NCBI GenBank assembly: GCA_001789395.1
Contig: MFZK01000003.1
Coordinates: 48,390 to 112,389, forward strand
DNA length: 64,000 nucleotides
From: Candidatus Roizmanbacteria bacterium RIFCSPHIGHO2_02_FULL_37_13b
Lineage (GTDB): Bacteria; Patescibacteriota; Microgenomatia; UBA1406; HO2-37-13b
Direction of reading: 5' to 3'
Shown: positions 39,804 to 48,989 of the stretch, piece by piece
How the letters are laid out: every line of letters starts with the position of its first letter
How positions within the stretch are numbered: the first letter of the stretch is position 1
The notes under the pieces: generated by a model
What the model was told of the DNA's origin: nothing
The model's input: only the letters and a program-made list of their open reading frames with translations
Database searches by the model: none
Translations under genes and position numbers: made by a program

Positions 39804-40781
39804 TCAGGTTTTTTTAAGACGCTTTAAATCTACATCAACCATCATTTTTATCAATTCTTTGAAACCCACCTTTGGTTGCCATCCAAGTATTTTTTTTGCC
39901 TTATCCGCTTTGCCTTTAAGCTCAAATACTTCAGCAGGTCGAAGGTATCTCGGGTCTATCTTGACGTACTGATTGAAATTCGTCATACCAGCTGCTTTAA
40001 ATGCTTCTTCGACAAATTCCCGAACGGTATGATTTTCACCTGTAGCAGCGACATAATCATCTGGTTTATCACTTTGTAACATCAAATACATCGCCTCAAC
40101 ATAATCACCCGCAAAACCCCAATCTCGCTTGGAATCGAGGTTACCGAGCCTTAACTCTTTAGTTAGTCCCAACTTAATTCTGGCAACTCCATCAGTGATT
40201 TTCCTGGTGACAAATTGAATACCCCTTAGAGGCGACTCGTGATTAAATAAAATTCCATTAGACGTAAAAATATTATATGACTCTCTAAAATTTATCGTCA
40301 TCCAATATGCATATAGCTTTGAAATTGCATAAGGACTTCTTGGTTTAAATGCGGTGTTTTCATCTTGATAGCCATTATCATTATTCAAACCAAACATCTC
40401 CGATGTTGAAGCCTGATAAAATTTTGTTAAGGGGCAAAAAAACTTAACTGAATTCAATAAATACAAAACTCCCAGCGAATTTATTTCTGTTGTCAGTTTA
40501 GCCTGATCCCAGGATGAACCGACAAACGACTGAGCTGCCAAATTGTAGATTTCCTGAGGTCTGATCGATTTTATTATATTCATCAACGATCCCTCATCCG
40601 TCATATCTCCTTCTACGTATTGAACTTGATTTGTTATTCCAAGATAATCAAGATTCTCGAAGCTCGGATTTGAATAACGGCGAATCAATCCATAAACCTC
40701 GTAGTCTTTTTCCAAAAGCAATTTGGCTAAATACGGGCCGTCTTGACCCAATATTCCGGTTATAAAAGCAACTTTTTTCAT
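39804..40781 (-). CDS. gmd: GDP-mannose 4,6-dehydratase
   Basis: MKKVAFITGILGQDGPYLAKLLLEKDYEVYGLIRR is the canonical Gmd N-terminus; ~325 aa. Confidence 0.85.
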   Translation of the reverse strand: MKKVAFITGILGQDGPYLAKLLLEKDYEVYGLIRRYSNPSFENLDYLGITNQVQYVEGDMTDEGSLMNIIKSIRPQEIYNLAAQSFVGSSWDQAKLTTEINSLGVLYLLNSVKFFCPLTKFYQASTSEMFGLNNDNGYQDENTAFKPRSPYAISKLYAYWMTINFRESYNIFTSNGILFNHESPLRGIQFVTRKITDGVARIKLGLTKELRLGNLDSKRDWGFAGDYVEAMYLMLQSDKPDDYVAATGENHTVREFVEEAFKAAGMTNFNQYVKIDPRYLRPAEVFELKGKADKAKKILGWQPKVGFKELIKMMVDVDLKRLKKT

Positions 40782-40847
40782 TAATTAAAACTATATCAAA
40801 TTAACTCCCTTTCTGCAAGACTAGAAAAAACTGGTAAAATAATAAAA

Positions 40848-42122
40848 ATGAAACGACTCATTCATTTGGTCAAATTACCTACGACAAAAGAAGTTATTGT
40901 TAACACTTTTGGTAATTATCTTAATGTCTTATTTACGGCTTTCTACGCCCTAATGCTTGTCCGCATCATGACTCCGGCCCAGTATGGAGTATTAAGTGTT
41001 TTGTTTGCGATTACATATCTTTTAGCCAATGTACTTGACTTTGGCGTATCAGCTTCAATCTATTCTTATTTACCGCCTATCTTGCACAATCGAGAAGAAA
41101 CAAATAAATTCATCAAAGCTAATTTTGTCTTTCAAACCGTGTTGGCCGCGATAGTCATCCTGATAACTTTTGTCTTTATTAAACCAATCGACAACACAAT
41201 TTTAAAACTTCATGTCCCAATGTCATCATTTTTTTGGACTTTTATCTCAATTCCTTTATTCATTTGGCAAAACTTCACGTTAAATATTTTTTTTGCCGCT
41301 AGAAAATTTTTAGCAGCTAATATTGCTTTAAATATAGCCAACGTGCTAAAAACTGGAATCCTTTTGTATTTTATCTGGCAAAAGCAAGCATCTATTAATG
41401 CAATAATTATTACCTTGGGCGTAATTGGTCCTCTGTTATTTCTTGGTCTTTTGGCCTATGATCGACAAACTGATGTCTTAAAAATTCTGCAAACATCTTT
41501 CCACCGAAGTAGCATAAGACTAAAGTATACCTTGACCTTCTTTGTCTCATCACAATTTTTTAATATGGCCTCTCGTATCGATCTATTTATGCTTTCTTTT
41601 TACCTACCAAAAGCAGATGTCGGTTATTATGGCCTTTCACAAAAAATAATTTTAACTATACTGACATCAGTAAATAGTATCACCCAAGTTTTATCACCAC
41701 AATTTGCCAAGGCAGTCACCAAAAAAGAAGTAATCAGTCATATGAAAAAAGCATTATTGTATATGTCGATACCAACAGCACTTTTTTTTATAGCGGCAAT
41801 ATTACCGACATGGATCTATACTCTTGTTTTTACTTCAAATTATCAGAAAACCGCCATGATTACCCGGATCTTGTCTAGCTCATATATTCTTTATGGTATT
41901 TCCGCAATACCTTCACTCTTTTTTCTTTATACTGTCAGAAAACCAATCTATCTTTGTATAAATAACCTTGTATTTTTAATAATAATTGCATTTGGATCTT
42001 ATTGGTTGATTCCTCATTTTGGCGTTTTTGGACCAACGATCGCCTTTTTTGGTTGTTTTATCTGGTCAACACTTTATCTGTATTTATACTATTTCCTGGA
42101 GATAAAAAAAATGAAGCAGTAG
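40848..42122 (+). CDS. Wzx-like oligosaccharide flippase (MOP/polysaccharide biosynthesis protein family)
   Basis: 424 aa, 12-14 TM helices; membrane topology typical of PST-family flippases. Confidence 0.65.
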   Translation: MKRLIHLVKLPTTKEVIVNTFGNYLNVLFTAFYALMLVRIMTPAQYGVLSVLFAITYLLANVLDFGVSASIYSYLPPILHNREETNKFIKANFVFQTVLAAIVILITFVFIKPIDNTILKLHVPMSSFFWTFISIPLFIWQNFTLNIFFAARKFLAANIALNIANVLKTGILLYFIWQKQASINAIIITLGVIGPLLFLGLLAYDRQTDVLKILQTSFHRSSIRLKYTLTFFVSSQFFNMASRIDLFMLSFYLPKADVGYYGLSQKIILTILTSVNSITQVLSPQFAKAVTKKEVISHMKKALLYMSIPTALFFIAAILPTWIYTLVFTSNYQKTAMITRILSSSYILYGISAIPSLFFLYTVRKPIYLCINNLVFLIIIAFGSYWLIPHFGVFGPTIAFFGCFIWSTLYLYLYYFLEIKKMKQ

Positions 42123-42124
42123 TC

Positions 42125-43594
42125 ATGTTTAAAAAATACACTCCGATTATTCTAATTTTACTTTTAGCACTAATGCTTAGAGTCATTGCTTTAAATCAAT
42201 CATTTTGGCTCGATGAAACAATTCAGGCCACTGTATCGAATAGCAACTCATCATCAATAAATTGGAGCAATGACTTTCAACCACCGTTATTTTATTTATT
42301 CAGTCACTTGTGGCAACAAATTGGAATAAATTATGAATGGTTTTTGCGGCTACCATCTGTCATTTTTGGTATTTTAACAGTATTTATACTCTATTTGTTG
42401 ATCAAGGATATCGCGGGAAAACATACTGCTATTTTATCCGCGCTTTTTTTGGCAACTGCACCATTTCACATTTATTACTCACAGGAATATCGAATGTATT
42501 CATTCTTCACTTTATTGGTAGCGCTATCATGGTATCTGCTTTATAAGCGAAAATTATTATCATATTTTCTTACTCTAGTACTTTTATCTTACACTCATTA
42601 TTTTACCACTTTGGTAATTATTTCTCAAATTATTTATGTAATTCTTGCGAGACAAATTACGATTAAACGATTAATTGTAGTATTTGTGGCTACTTTTTTT
42701 TTCTTTATTCCTTGGTTACCGACGTTATTTAAACAAATCCAGACTGCATCAAATCTCATTTCCATTTGGCCAAAATGGCAACAAGTTGCAGGCGTCACGT
42801 TCCTCAAATTCCCATTTTTACTTCTGGCTAAATTTACGGTTGGGATGATCAGTCCAACGAATAAATATATCTATGGAGTTTTTGTATTGTTCATGGCAAT
42901 AATATTTTTTTTGTATGGGTTTAAATTGATATATCAATATATTCAACCTCGAAGGTTACGGATGTTATTAGCAGAACCTAAAGTAAGTATTTTATTAATC
43001 CCGTTTGTAATACCTCTAATTTTGGCTTGGATTTCTTCGGTTTGGATTTCAGCTAGTTCACCGCATCGCTTATTATTTACGCTTCCTTTTTTTTACGGAA
43101 TTCTCGCGGTTGGATTTTTTCAAGAGAACAAAAATGTTTTTTTAAATATTTTTAAGCAAAAAAAGTTAAAAATGATATTTATAAGTATTCTGGTATTATG
43201 TAATTTGGTGTTTTCATTTTTATATTTATTAAATCCTAAGAATCACCGTGAAGCCTGGCGTGAAGCCATTGCATATACCGACAACAAAATCGGAGATAGG
43301 GGAGTGGCACTATCAGAATTCATCGACCCGTGGGCACCGATGATCTGGTATTCCAAATATCCAGAAAAATATCTCGGAGCTTCAAATTCAATGAAGGTAA
43401 CCAATGAATCAATTCAAACCAAACTAGATTCCCGTATACAAAATACTCAAAACCTCATACTCTATACTTATTTATACGAACTTTCAGATCCCAATCGTTT
43501 GGTAGAAAAATATTTAGCGACAAATGGTTTTAAACTCACTGAAGAAAAAGACTTTAGAGGAGTGGGAATAATAAAAATATATAAGAATGATTAA
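42125..43594 (+). CDS. GT-C fold membrane glycosyltransferase (GT39/GT83 PMT/ArnT-like)
   Basis: Start reassigned to MFKKYTPIILILLLAL (42125). First luminal loop ALNQSFWLDETIQA (the R/W-DE motif of the ArnT/PMT family); many TM helices plus a C-terminal soluble domain. Confidence 0.6.
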   Translation: MFKKYTPIILILLLALMLRVIALNQSFWLDETIQATVSNSNSSSINWSNDFQPPLFYLFSHLWQQIGINYEWFLRLPSVIFGILTVFILYLLIKDIAGKHTAILSALFLATAPFHIYYSQEYRMYSFFTLLVALSWYLLYKRKLLSYFLTLVLLSYTHYFTTLVIISQIIYVILARQITIKRLIVVFVATFFFFIPWLPTLFKQIQTASNLISIWPKWQQVAGVTFLKFPFLLLAKFTVGMISPTNKYIYGVFVLFMAIIFFLYGFKLIYQYIQPRRLRMLLAEPKVSILLIPFVIPLILAWISSVWISASSPHRLLFTLPFFYGILAVGFFQENKNVFLNIFKQKKLKMIFISILVLCNLVFSFLYLLNPKNHREAWREAIAYTDNKIGDRGVALSEFIDPWAPMIWYSKYPEKYLGASNSMKVTNESIQTKLDSRIQNTQNLILYTYLYELSDPNRLVEKYLATNGFKLTEEKDFRGVGIIKIYKND

Positions 43595-43615
43595 TTACAC
43601 GTAGCAAGTTGTGGA

Positions 43616-44065
43616 TTATTTTTTTTGAGGTGCTTTTTTTGTTTGTTTTGGTTTCGACAATTTTTCAAAATCGTTCTCTAAGTATTTTTTAAGTTTAATC
43701 AGCGTTTTTTCCGGCATTTGATGAGTATCTTTGACTTTATCAACAACTTCTTTTACAACTCCCGCATATTTTTCTTTGTCGATCGTTTGCCATTTGTCAG
43801 AAATTTCCGATAACTTGGTCGATAACGTATCCATTGTCTCATTAAAAATATCTAATGATTTTTCGGATAAGTCATCAAATATTTCTCGAACGATTGTTTT
43901 GGCATCTGACTCTTGCAGTTTCGATCGAATTTCTTCAGCGGCTTTTGATAGTTCTTTTCTCATTTTTTTACCCGCTTTTGGAGCAAGTAGTAATCCGGCA
44001 ATTGCACCGGAGATAGCACCAAATATTAATCCAATGCCGAACTTAGATGATTTTTTATTTTCCAT
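43616..44065 (-). CDS. YtxH-domain protein
   Basis: Start at MENKKSSKFGIGLIFGAISGAIAGLLLAPKAGKKMRKEL, a typical YtxH N-terminus; coiled-coil remainder. Confidence 0.6.
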   Translation of the reverse strand: MENKKSSKFGIGLIFGAISGAIAGLLLAPKAGKKMRKELSKAAEEIRSKLQESDAKTIVREIFDDLSEKSLDIFNETMDTLSTKLSEISDKWQTIDKEKYAGVVKEVVDKVKDTHQMPEKTLIKLKKYLENDFEKLSKPKQTKKAPQKK

Positions 44066-44130
44066 ATATAAAATCCTAGCAAAATGGACTTCATAAATCA
44101 AGCGATTCATATATAATAGTTGTAGTTAAA

Positions 44131-44203
44131 GCCCTTATAGCTTAATCGGATAGAGCAGAGGCTTGCGGAGCCTCAGATCCCCGTTCGATTCGGGGTAGGG
44201 GCA
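44131..44203 (+). tRNA. tRNA-Arg (anticodon GCG)
   Basis: Manual fold: acceptor GCCCTTA/TAGGGGC, D arm GCTT-AATCGGATA-GAGC, anticodon arm GAGGC-TTGCGGA-GCCTC, T arm CCCCG-TTCGATT-CGGGG, discriminator A; no encoded CCA. Confidence 0.65.
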
Positions 44204-44215
44204 CAAGGCTTAATT

Positions 44216-44602
44216 TTATTTATCTCCCATGAATTGAAGAATATTGCCGTCCGGATCCTTGATCGTCATACACCAAAAACCCCCAGGGGGTGCTTCAAAT
44301 GGCGTGGCAACAAATTCAATTTGCTTACTTTTAAGCTCATCATATATGGCATTGACACTTTCGGCCGAAAAACCAACCATTACACGATAGGGATCAGTAT
44401 TTTTTTGATTTTGTGAGACTTGACCATGTTTCCCAATCCAAAAAAAATTATCACCGAATTTAAACGAGACATAAGTATCCTGTGGGTGATCAAGACGTTC
44501 TTTTTCCTCAAAACCCAAAACATTCTTGTACCAATCGACCAGTTTTTCAAAATTCGCAGTATAAATACCAACATGAAGATAGGGATTTTTTAGTTTTATC
44601 AT
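44216..44602 (-). CDS. VOC-family (glyoxalase/bleomycin-resistance/dioxygenase) protein
   Basis: Paired beta-alpha-beta-beta-beta modules, HVGIYTANFEKLVDWYKNVLGFEE. Confidence 0.7.
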   Translation of the reverse strand: MIKLKNPYLHVGIYTANFEKLVDWYKNVLGFEEKERLDHPQDTYVSFKFGDNFFWIGKHGQVSQNQKNTDPYRVMVGFSAESVNAIYDELKSKQIEFVATPFEAPPGGFWCMTIKDPDGNILQFMGDK

Positions 44603-44636
44603 AGGTGATATAATTATACAGAGATTTGCAAATTGT

Positions 44637-44707
44637 AGGGGGTGTGGTGAAATGGTATCACAACGGTCTCCAAAACCGTTATTCCGGGTTCGACTCCTGG
44701 CACCCCT
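44637..44707 (+). tRNA. tRNA-Trp (anticodon CCA)
   Basis: Manual fold: acceptor GGGGGTG/CACCCCT, D arm GTGA-AATGGTA-TCAC, anticodon arm ACGGT-CTCCAAA-ACCGT, T arm CCGGG-TTCGACT-CCTGG, discriminator G. Confidence 0.8.
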
Positions 44708-44747
44708 GCAAACCCAAACTTAAAGTCACCACGTATACTATCTATAT

Positions 44748-45644
44748 ATGCGATTTTCTAAAAATAAAGGCGTGATTCTAGCGCTTTTGGCTGGACTGCT
44801 CTGGGGGACCATTGGGATTTTCGTTAAAAAGCTTACTGGGCTTACGCCTATAGGCACAACATTCTTTCGACTACTTATTGCCTTTGTTGGAATAGTTTCG
44901 GTTGTGGTATTTCTGAACCTGCAGAAAGAGGTAAAATCAACCCTTACACATTGGAAATTTCTCACAATTCTTTCTTTTATCATGAGTTTGTCCTTATTTT
45001 TTTCAGTTTTGGGTTTCTATGGAACTACTGTAGCCAATGCATCGATTCTTAACAATACAACTCCACTTTATGTTGCTCTTTTTGGTTTGCTGCTTTGGGA
45101 AAAAACCAGTCGTAAAGAGTGGATGGGTATATTGCTCGGGTTTTTTGGAATCTTATTGATATTTTCTGCACATGAAATTTCGTTTGAATCACAAAGATTT
45201 ATAGGAAACGTACTCTCAATTATGTCGGCAATTTTTCTTGCGGCTTATACCATTTTTTCAAAGCGAATACGTTCTCGCTTTTCCTCATTTGCTATAATGT
45301 TTTGGGTCTTTGGGCTAGGCAGTTTATTCATACTTTTAGAAAGCATTCTTTTTCAAAAACCACTTTTCCTTAAACTGGTATATGCTGATTTATATTATGT
45401 AGTTGGGCTGGGGATTTTCGGAACATTTTTGGCACATACTTTTTATACAACAAGTCTCAAATACATTAAAGCATCCACAGCCAGTCTCATTGGACTTTCT
45501 TCACCCATATCAGCTACTCTCTATGCCATTATTTTGTTGGGAGAAATACCTTCAATCCTTGCTTTATTAGGTTTAGTCTTTTCTATAACGGGGATTTTCT
45601 ATGTAGTTCGCAGTGAAATAGTGACAAACGAGTTGGGAAAATAG
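44748..45644 (+). CDS. EamA/DMT-superfamily transporter
   Basis: 10 TM helices, two EamA repeats. Confidence 0.7.
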   Translation: MRFSKNKGVILALLAGLLWGTIGIFVKKLTGLTPIGTTFFRLLIAFVGIVSVVVFLNLQKEVKSTLTHWKFLTILSFIMSLSLFFSVLGFYGTTVANASILNNTTPLYVALFGLLLWEKTSRKEWMGILLGFFGILLIFSAHEISFESQRFIGNVLSIMSAIFLAAYTIFSKRIRSRFSSFAIMFWVFGLGSLFILLESILFQKPLFLKLVYADLYYVVGLGIFGTFLAHTFYTTSLKYIKASTASLIGLSSPISATLYAIILLGEIPSILALLGLVFSITGIFYVVRSEIVTNELGK

Positions 45645-45761
45645 TACGTTCCAACAAAATTCACCAACCCCTGCATTAGAGTCGCTTTCCGATTCACCAT
45701 CCAGCCATCAACAAACGTTAAGGATTTTAATCTACCGAAGGTTCAACCACAAATAACCCCA

Positions 45762-45791
45762 CGGGTTAGTTGTTCACGGGTTAGTTGTTCA
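45762..45791. repeat. Perfect tandem duplication of the 15-bp unit cgggttagttgttca
   Basis: Two adjacent identical copies, directly downstream of a 38-nt segment shared with the miaA coding region. Confidence 0.5.
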
Positions 45792-45878
45792 TGGTCTTCA
45801 ATTAAATATATTTGCACCTAATTATTTTGTATAGGATAGTTAATAACATATCATATATAGTGTTTATATTGTTATGAA

Positions 45879-46559
45879 TTGACAATTGTTTATATACTTG
45901 ATATACTACCGGTTATAATGATTGTAAAAAAAGCTGCTGTTAACAAAAACTACTCCTTATTTAATATTAAAATTGCTTTGTCGCCGATTCTTTTGCTTGT
46001 CGCTTTATACTTAATTCTTCAAACCTTTAGCATTGCATCGGCTACTGATGCTAATAACTTTCCGACGCCAACCAATTTTTGTCCTGATGATATTTGTGAT
46101 GTTACACCGCCTTCATGTGACGATCTAAATCCTTCATGCGGAGCTGCTACGCCAACGATTCGAATCACATCTGGTGAAATCGCTACACCAACTTTAAGTA
46201 CAACAAAATCACCAACAACCAGACCGACAAGTACACCTTCAGAAGAAATCATTCCTACCAAAGAATTGACAATTACACCATCAAACGGTGGCGGTGGTGG
46301 AATCGTATCACCGACTCCAACAAGTACACCGACACAAACACCAAGTCCAACCTCAGTTTCATCATCAAGCGGATCATCATCAAGTGGTGGTGCTTCTTCG
46401 ACTTCGTCAAGTTCACCATCAAGTAGTGGCGGTGGAGGAGAGGTCTTAGGATTAGCTGAGACTGGATCTTTTGTTGAATCTATTTCGAGCGCTTTTTTTA
46501 TGCTCTCGATATCTTTTTTTGGTCTATCAATTCTTTCTCATGCCAAAAAGAAAAAATAA
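45879..46559 (+). CDS. Sortase substrate: Thr/Pro/Ser-rich (mucin-like) surface protein with a C-terminal LAETG sorting signal
   Basis: N-terminal signal/TM; low-complexity TPT/SSS repeats and Gly runs; C-terminus ...LGLAETGSFVESISSAFFMLSISFFGLSILSHAKKKK (LAETG, hydrophobic span, KKKK tail). Confidence 0.6.
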   Translation: MTIVYILDILPVIMIVKKAAVNKNYSLFNIKIALSPILLLVALYLILQTFSIASATDANNFPTPTNFCPDDICDVTPPSCDDLNPSCGAATPTIRITSGEIATPTLSTTKSPTTRPTSTPSEEIIPTKELTITPSNGGGGGIVSPTPTSTPTQTPSPTSVSSSSGSSSSGGASSTSSSSPSSSGGGGEVLGLAETGSFVESISSAFFMLSISFFGLSILSHAKKKK

Positions 46560-47097
46560 CAGACACCATAAATATTCAACCACACTGGTCTTATTTTTTT
46601 TAGCCAGCTGCTTTTTAATCCTTGGTATTTTTTTCAAAACTCTCGATGTATACAATAACATTGAACAACAGATGCTAACCGCTCAAAGCAAATCAGAATA
46701 TTCTGCAATGACTCCTAAATCTATAAAAATAAACCGTCTTCACTTGAATTTACCGATAGAAGGTACCGATATTATCAACGGTAAATGGCCAATTAGTAAA
46801 TATGCAGTATCATACTTAAAATCTTCAGAAAAATTGGCCGGTAATGGTACTACAATCATCTATGGTCATAATAAAACCAATATTTTTGGCCAGTTAAATG
46901 AAGTCAAAATTGGAGATAAGATTGGTTTAACATTATCTGATAATAGAAATGTCAGTTACACGGTTTATCAAACGATTGTGGTCAGGCCAAATGAGGTCTC
47001 TGCCCTTAAAACAAATACCGGATCGATGCTTATTTTATACACATGCACCGGATTTGCAGATTCAAAAAGACTGGTGGTCAAAGCAAAACTCACATAA
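46540..47097 (+). CDS. Sortase-family transpeptidase
   Basis: Start at MPKRKNN...; N-terminal TM anchor; His motif TIIYGHN; catalytic Cys in LILYTCTG; overlaps the substrate gene's 3' end. Confidence 0.7.
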   Translation: MPKRKNNRHHKYSTTLVLFFLASCFLILGIFFKTLDVYNNIEQQMLTAQSKSEYSAMTPKSIKINRLHLNLPIEGTDIINGKWPISKYAVSYLKSSEKLAGNGTTIIYGHNKTNIFGQLNEVKIGDKIGLTLSDNRNVSYTVYQTIVVRPNEVSALKTNTGSMLILYTCTGFADSKRLVVKAKLT

Positions 47098-47124
47098 TCC
47101 TTAATTCTTGATATAATAATATCA

Positions 47125-47943
47125 ATGGTTGACTTAGGGAAAGATCAAAGTCCACATACCCGAAATATCAAGGACCACTTTTTTTTATCCGAACCACAAA
47201 GACATCAAATGCTAGCTGCCCGAGACGAAGTCATTGACTGGTTAAACCGTAGAAATTTTGCGAACTTTAATTTCACTAGAGGACAGTTAAGTGATGTAAA
47301 ACTGGGGCTAGCTGATATTCAAGATCATTTTGAAGGTGGTACCGCCGATGTCTCAATTTTAGATCATCAATCAGATATGGTTATGGCGGAGTTCTCTGGC
47401 GATTCGCATAAAGCAAGATTAATTACAGATGTTAAAACAAAAGACATTAGATTCGTACTTGAAGATCGCTGTGCAGATTTTACATCTCAAGATCTTCTTT
47501 ATCAAGCAGTTGCACGGGCTCAAGCTCAACCTTATTATGATGATGGAACTTTAATGGAGTTCTGGATCGTTGATACGCCTGATAGACGTCAGGGATTTCA
47601 AGATGCAAGCTTTTGGGCAAAAAAATTAATTCCTGATCTAGGAGCAAAAGACACAGCGATTACACGAGCAATACCAGGAGCTGTAAGGCGTCATTTAGTC
47701 GGTGATACATTTCAAGCCTATTGGACAGCTCCTGAATATACTGATTTAGTCGTAACTATTAACACAATTGATGATGATACGATTCCCTATATCTTCAGAA
47801 AATTAACACAAAATAACGGCAGGACGGTTTTTGTTAAAAGAGGTAATTTTGATATGACTAATTTGCCTCAAAGACAAGAAGAACGGCAAACGCTGCCACA
47901 AGGAATTCTTCAACCGGTGCCAGTCGAAGCGAATATACAATAA
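47125..47943 (+). CDS. Hypothetical soluble protein (GC-richer than surroundings)
   Basis: 272 aa, no TM, no recognisable motif; ~38-40% GC versus a ~30% background. Confidence 0.5.
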   Translation: MVDLGKDQSPHTRNIKDHFFLSEPQRHQMLAARDEVIDWLNRRNFANFNFTRGQLSDVKLGLADIQDHFEGGTADVSILDHQSDMVMAEFSGDSHKARLITDVKTKDIRFVLEDRCADFTSQDLLYQAVARAQAQPYYDDGTLMEFWIVDTPDRRQGFQDASFWAKKLIPDLGAKDTAITRAIPGAVRRHLVGDTFQAYWTAPEYTDLVVTINTIDDDTIPYIFRKLTQNNGRTVFVKRGNFDMTNLPQRQEERQTLPQGILQPVPVEANIQ

Positions 47944-48115
47944 TCCTAGAGCAATATTCCGCTTGCTCGCATCAAACGCGAATACAATCTTATAGAATAA
48001 TAGTTGTTGACCCCGCTAGAATTCTTACTTGCTCCCGAGGTCTACGTCCTCGCGTCGCAAGAACGAATCTACGAGGGTCTGCGTCACGAATCTATGACCT
48101 ATATAAATTCGCTCC

Positions 48116-48145
48116 TTGACTTAGTGAACGGTTGTTCACTATACT
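48116..48145 (+). promoter_or_regulatory. lexA promoter with overlapping SOS box
   Basis: TTGACT (48116-21), then the GTGAACggttGTTCAC palindrome (48124-39; the GAAC-N4-GTTC Cheo-box-type LexA operator), then TATACT (48140-45), 18 nt upstream of the lexA ATG. Confidence 0.6.
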
Positions 48146-48163
48146 TGATTTACGTAAAAAAAT

Positions 48164-48730
48164 ATGGAAGATCAACTCAAAAAAATCAGGAAGTTTTTTA
48201 GAATTCATCGTCGGCTGCCGACATATCAGGAACTGGCGAATTTATTTAATTTTGCTTCAAAAAACGCTGCCTATAAACTGGCACAAAAATTAATTGATGC
48301 CGGATTTTTAGAAAAAGATGAAACCGGCAAACTTATTCCCAAAAAACTGTTTGCTCCGTTACCTAATTCCGGATTTGTCCAGGCCGGATTTCCATCGCCG
48401 GCTGAAGAAGAGCTTATTGACACAATCTCATTTGATGAATATTTAATCGATAAACCGGAAAGCACTTTTATTCTAAGAGTATCGGGCGATTCAATGATTG
48501 ATGCCGGTATCCATCCGGGTGATATTGTCTTAATAGAGAAGGGGAGGACTCCTAAAGATGGAGATGTCGTCATCGCATCCGTCGATGGAGAATGGACCTT
48601 GAAATATTATCACAAAGAACAAAATAAAATAGTTTTAGTTCCGGCAAACAAAAAATATCAAAAAATATATCCAAAAAATAGCCTAGAAATTGGAGGAATA
48701 GTTATATCGGTTGTTAGGAAATATAACTAA
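48164..48730 (+). CDS. lexA: LexA repressor (S24 peptidase)
   Basis: N-terminal wHTH; cleavage-site region; S24 catalytic motifs VSGDSMIDAGI and K in LVPANKKYQ. Confidence 0.85.
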   Translation: MEDQLKKIRKFFRIHRRLPTYQELANLFNFASKNAAYKLAQKLIDAGFLEKDETGKLIPKKLFAPLPNSGFVQAGFPSPAEEELIDTISFDEYLIDKPESTFILRVSGDSMIDAGIHPGDIVLIEKGRTPKDGDVVIASVDGEWTLKYYHKEQNKIVLVPANKKYQKIYPKNSLEIGGIVISVVRKYN

Positions 48731-48731
48731 T

Positions 48732-48917
48732 ATGAAAAAAATTGCATCAACGATATCAAATACGTATAAAGCATTAAAACTGCTATCTGATCCAAAAATG
48801 ATTGATATTTTGTATCACCAAATTACATTACAACAAAAAAATCAAGAAATTAAAACCCTCTCGGGAAAGAAAGATCTTTTTTTCCATAAACATTTCATTA
48901 TTCAGGTAATAGGATAG
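48732..48917 (+). CDS. Small hypothetical protein downstream of lexA
   Basis: 61-aa ORF starting 2 nt after the lexA stop; no motif. Confidence 0.3.
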   Translation: MKKIASTISNTYKALKLLSDPKMIDILYHQITLQQKNQEIKTLSGKKDLFFHKHFIIQVIG

Positions 48918-48989
48918 AATTTTAATTAAATTTTCAACAATATCCCAGCTGTTGCAAATATAGGCCTATAGTGGTATAATGATGTTATC

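Noticed and set aside
45762-45791. CRISPR-like array
   Set aside because: Only two 15-bp units with no spacers, and no cas genes in the window. This is a simple tandem duplication.
46019-46261. 80-aa minus-strand ORF inside the T/P/S-rich surface protein gene
   Set aside because: It is a reverse-complement artefact of a GC-skewed repetitive coding region (Val/Gly-rich shadow).
48004-48201. 65-aa ORF overlapping the lexA promoter and start
   Set aside because: It runs through the -35, the SOS box and the -10 of lexA in another frame. No RBS, no conservation signal.
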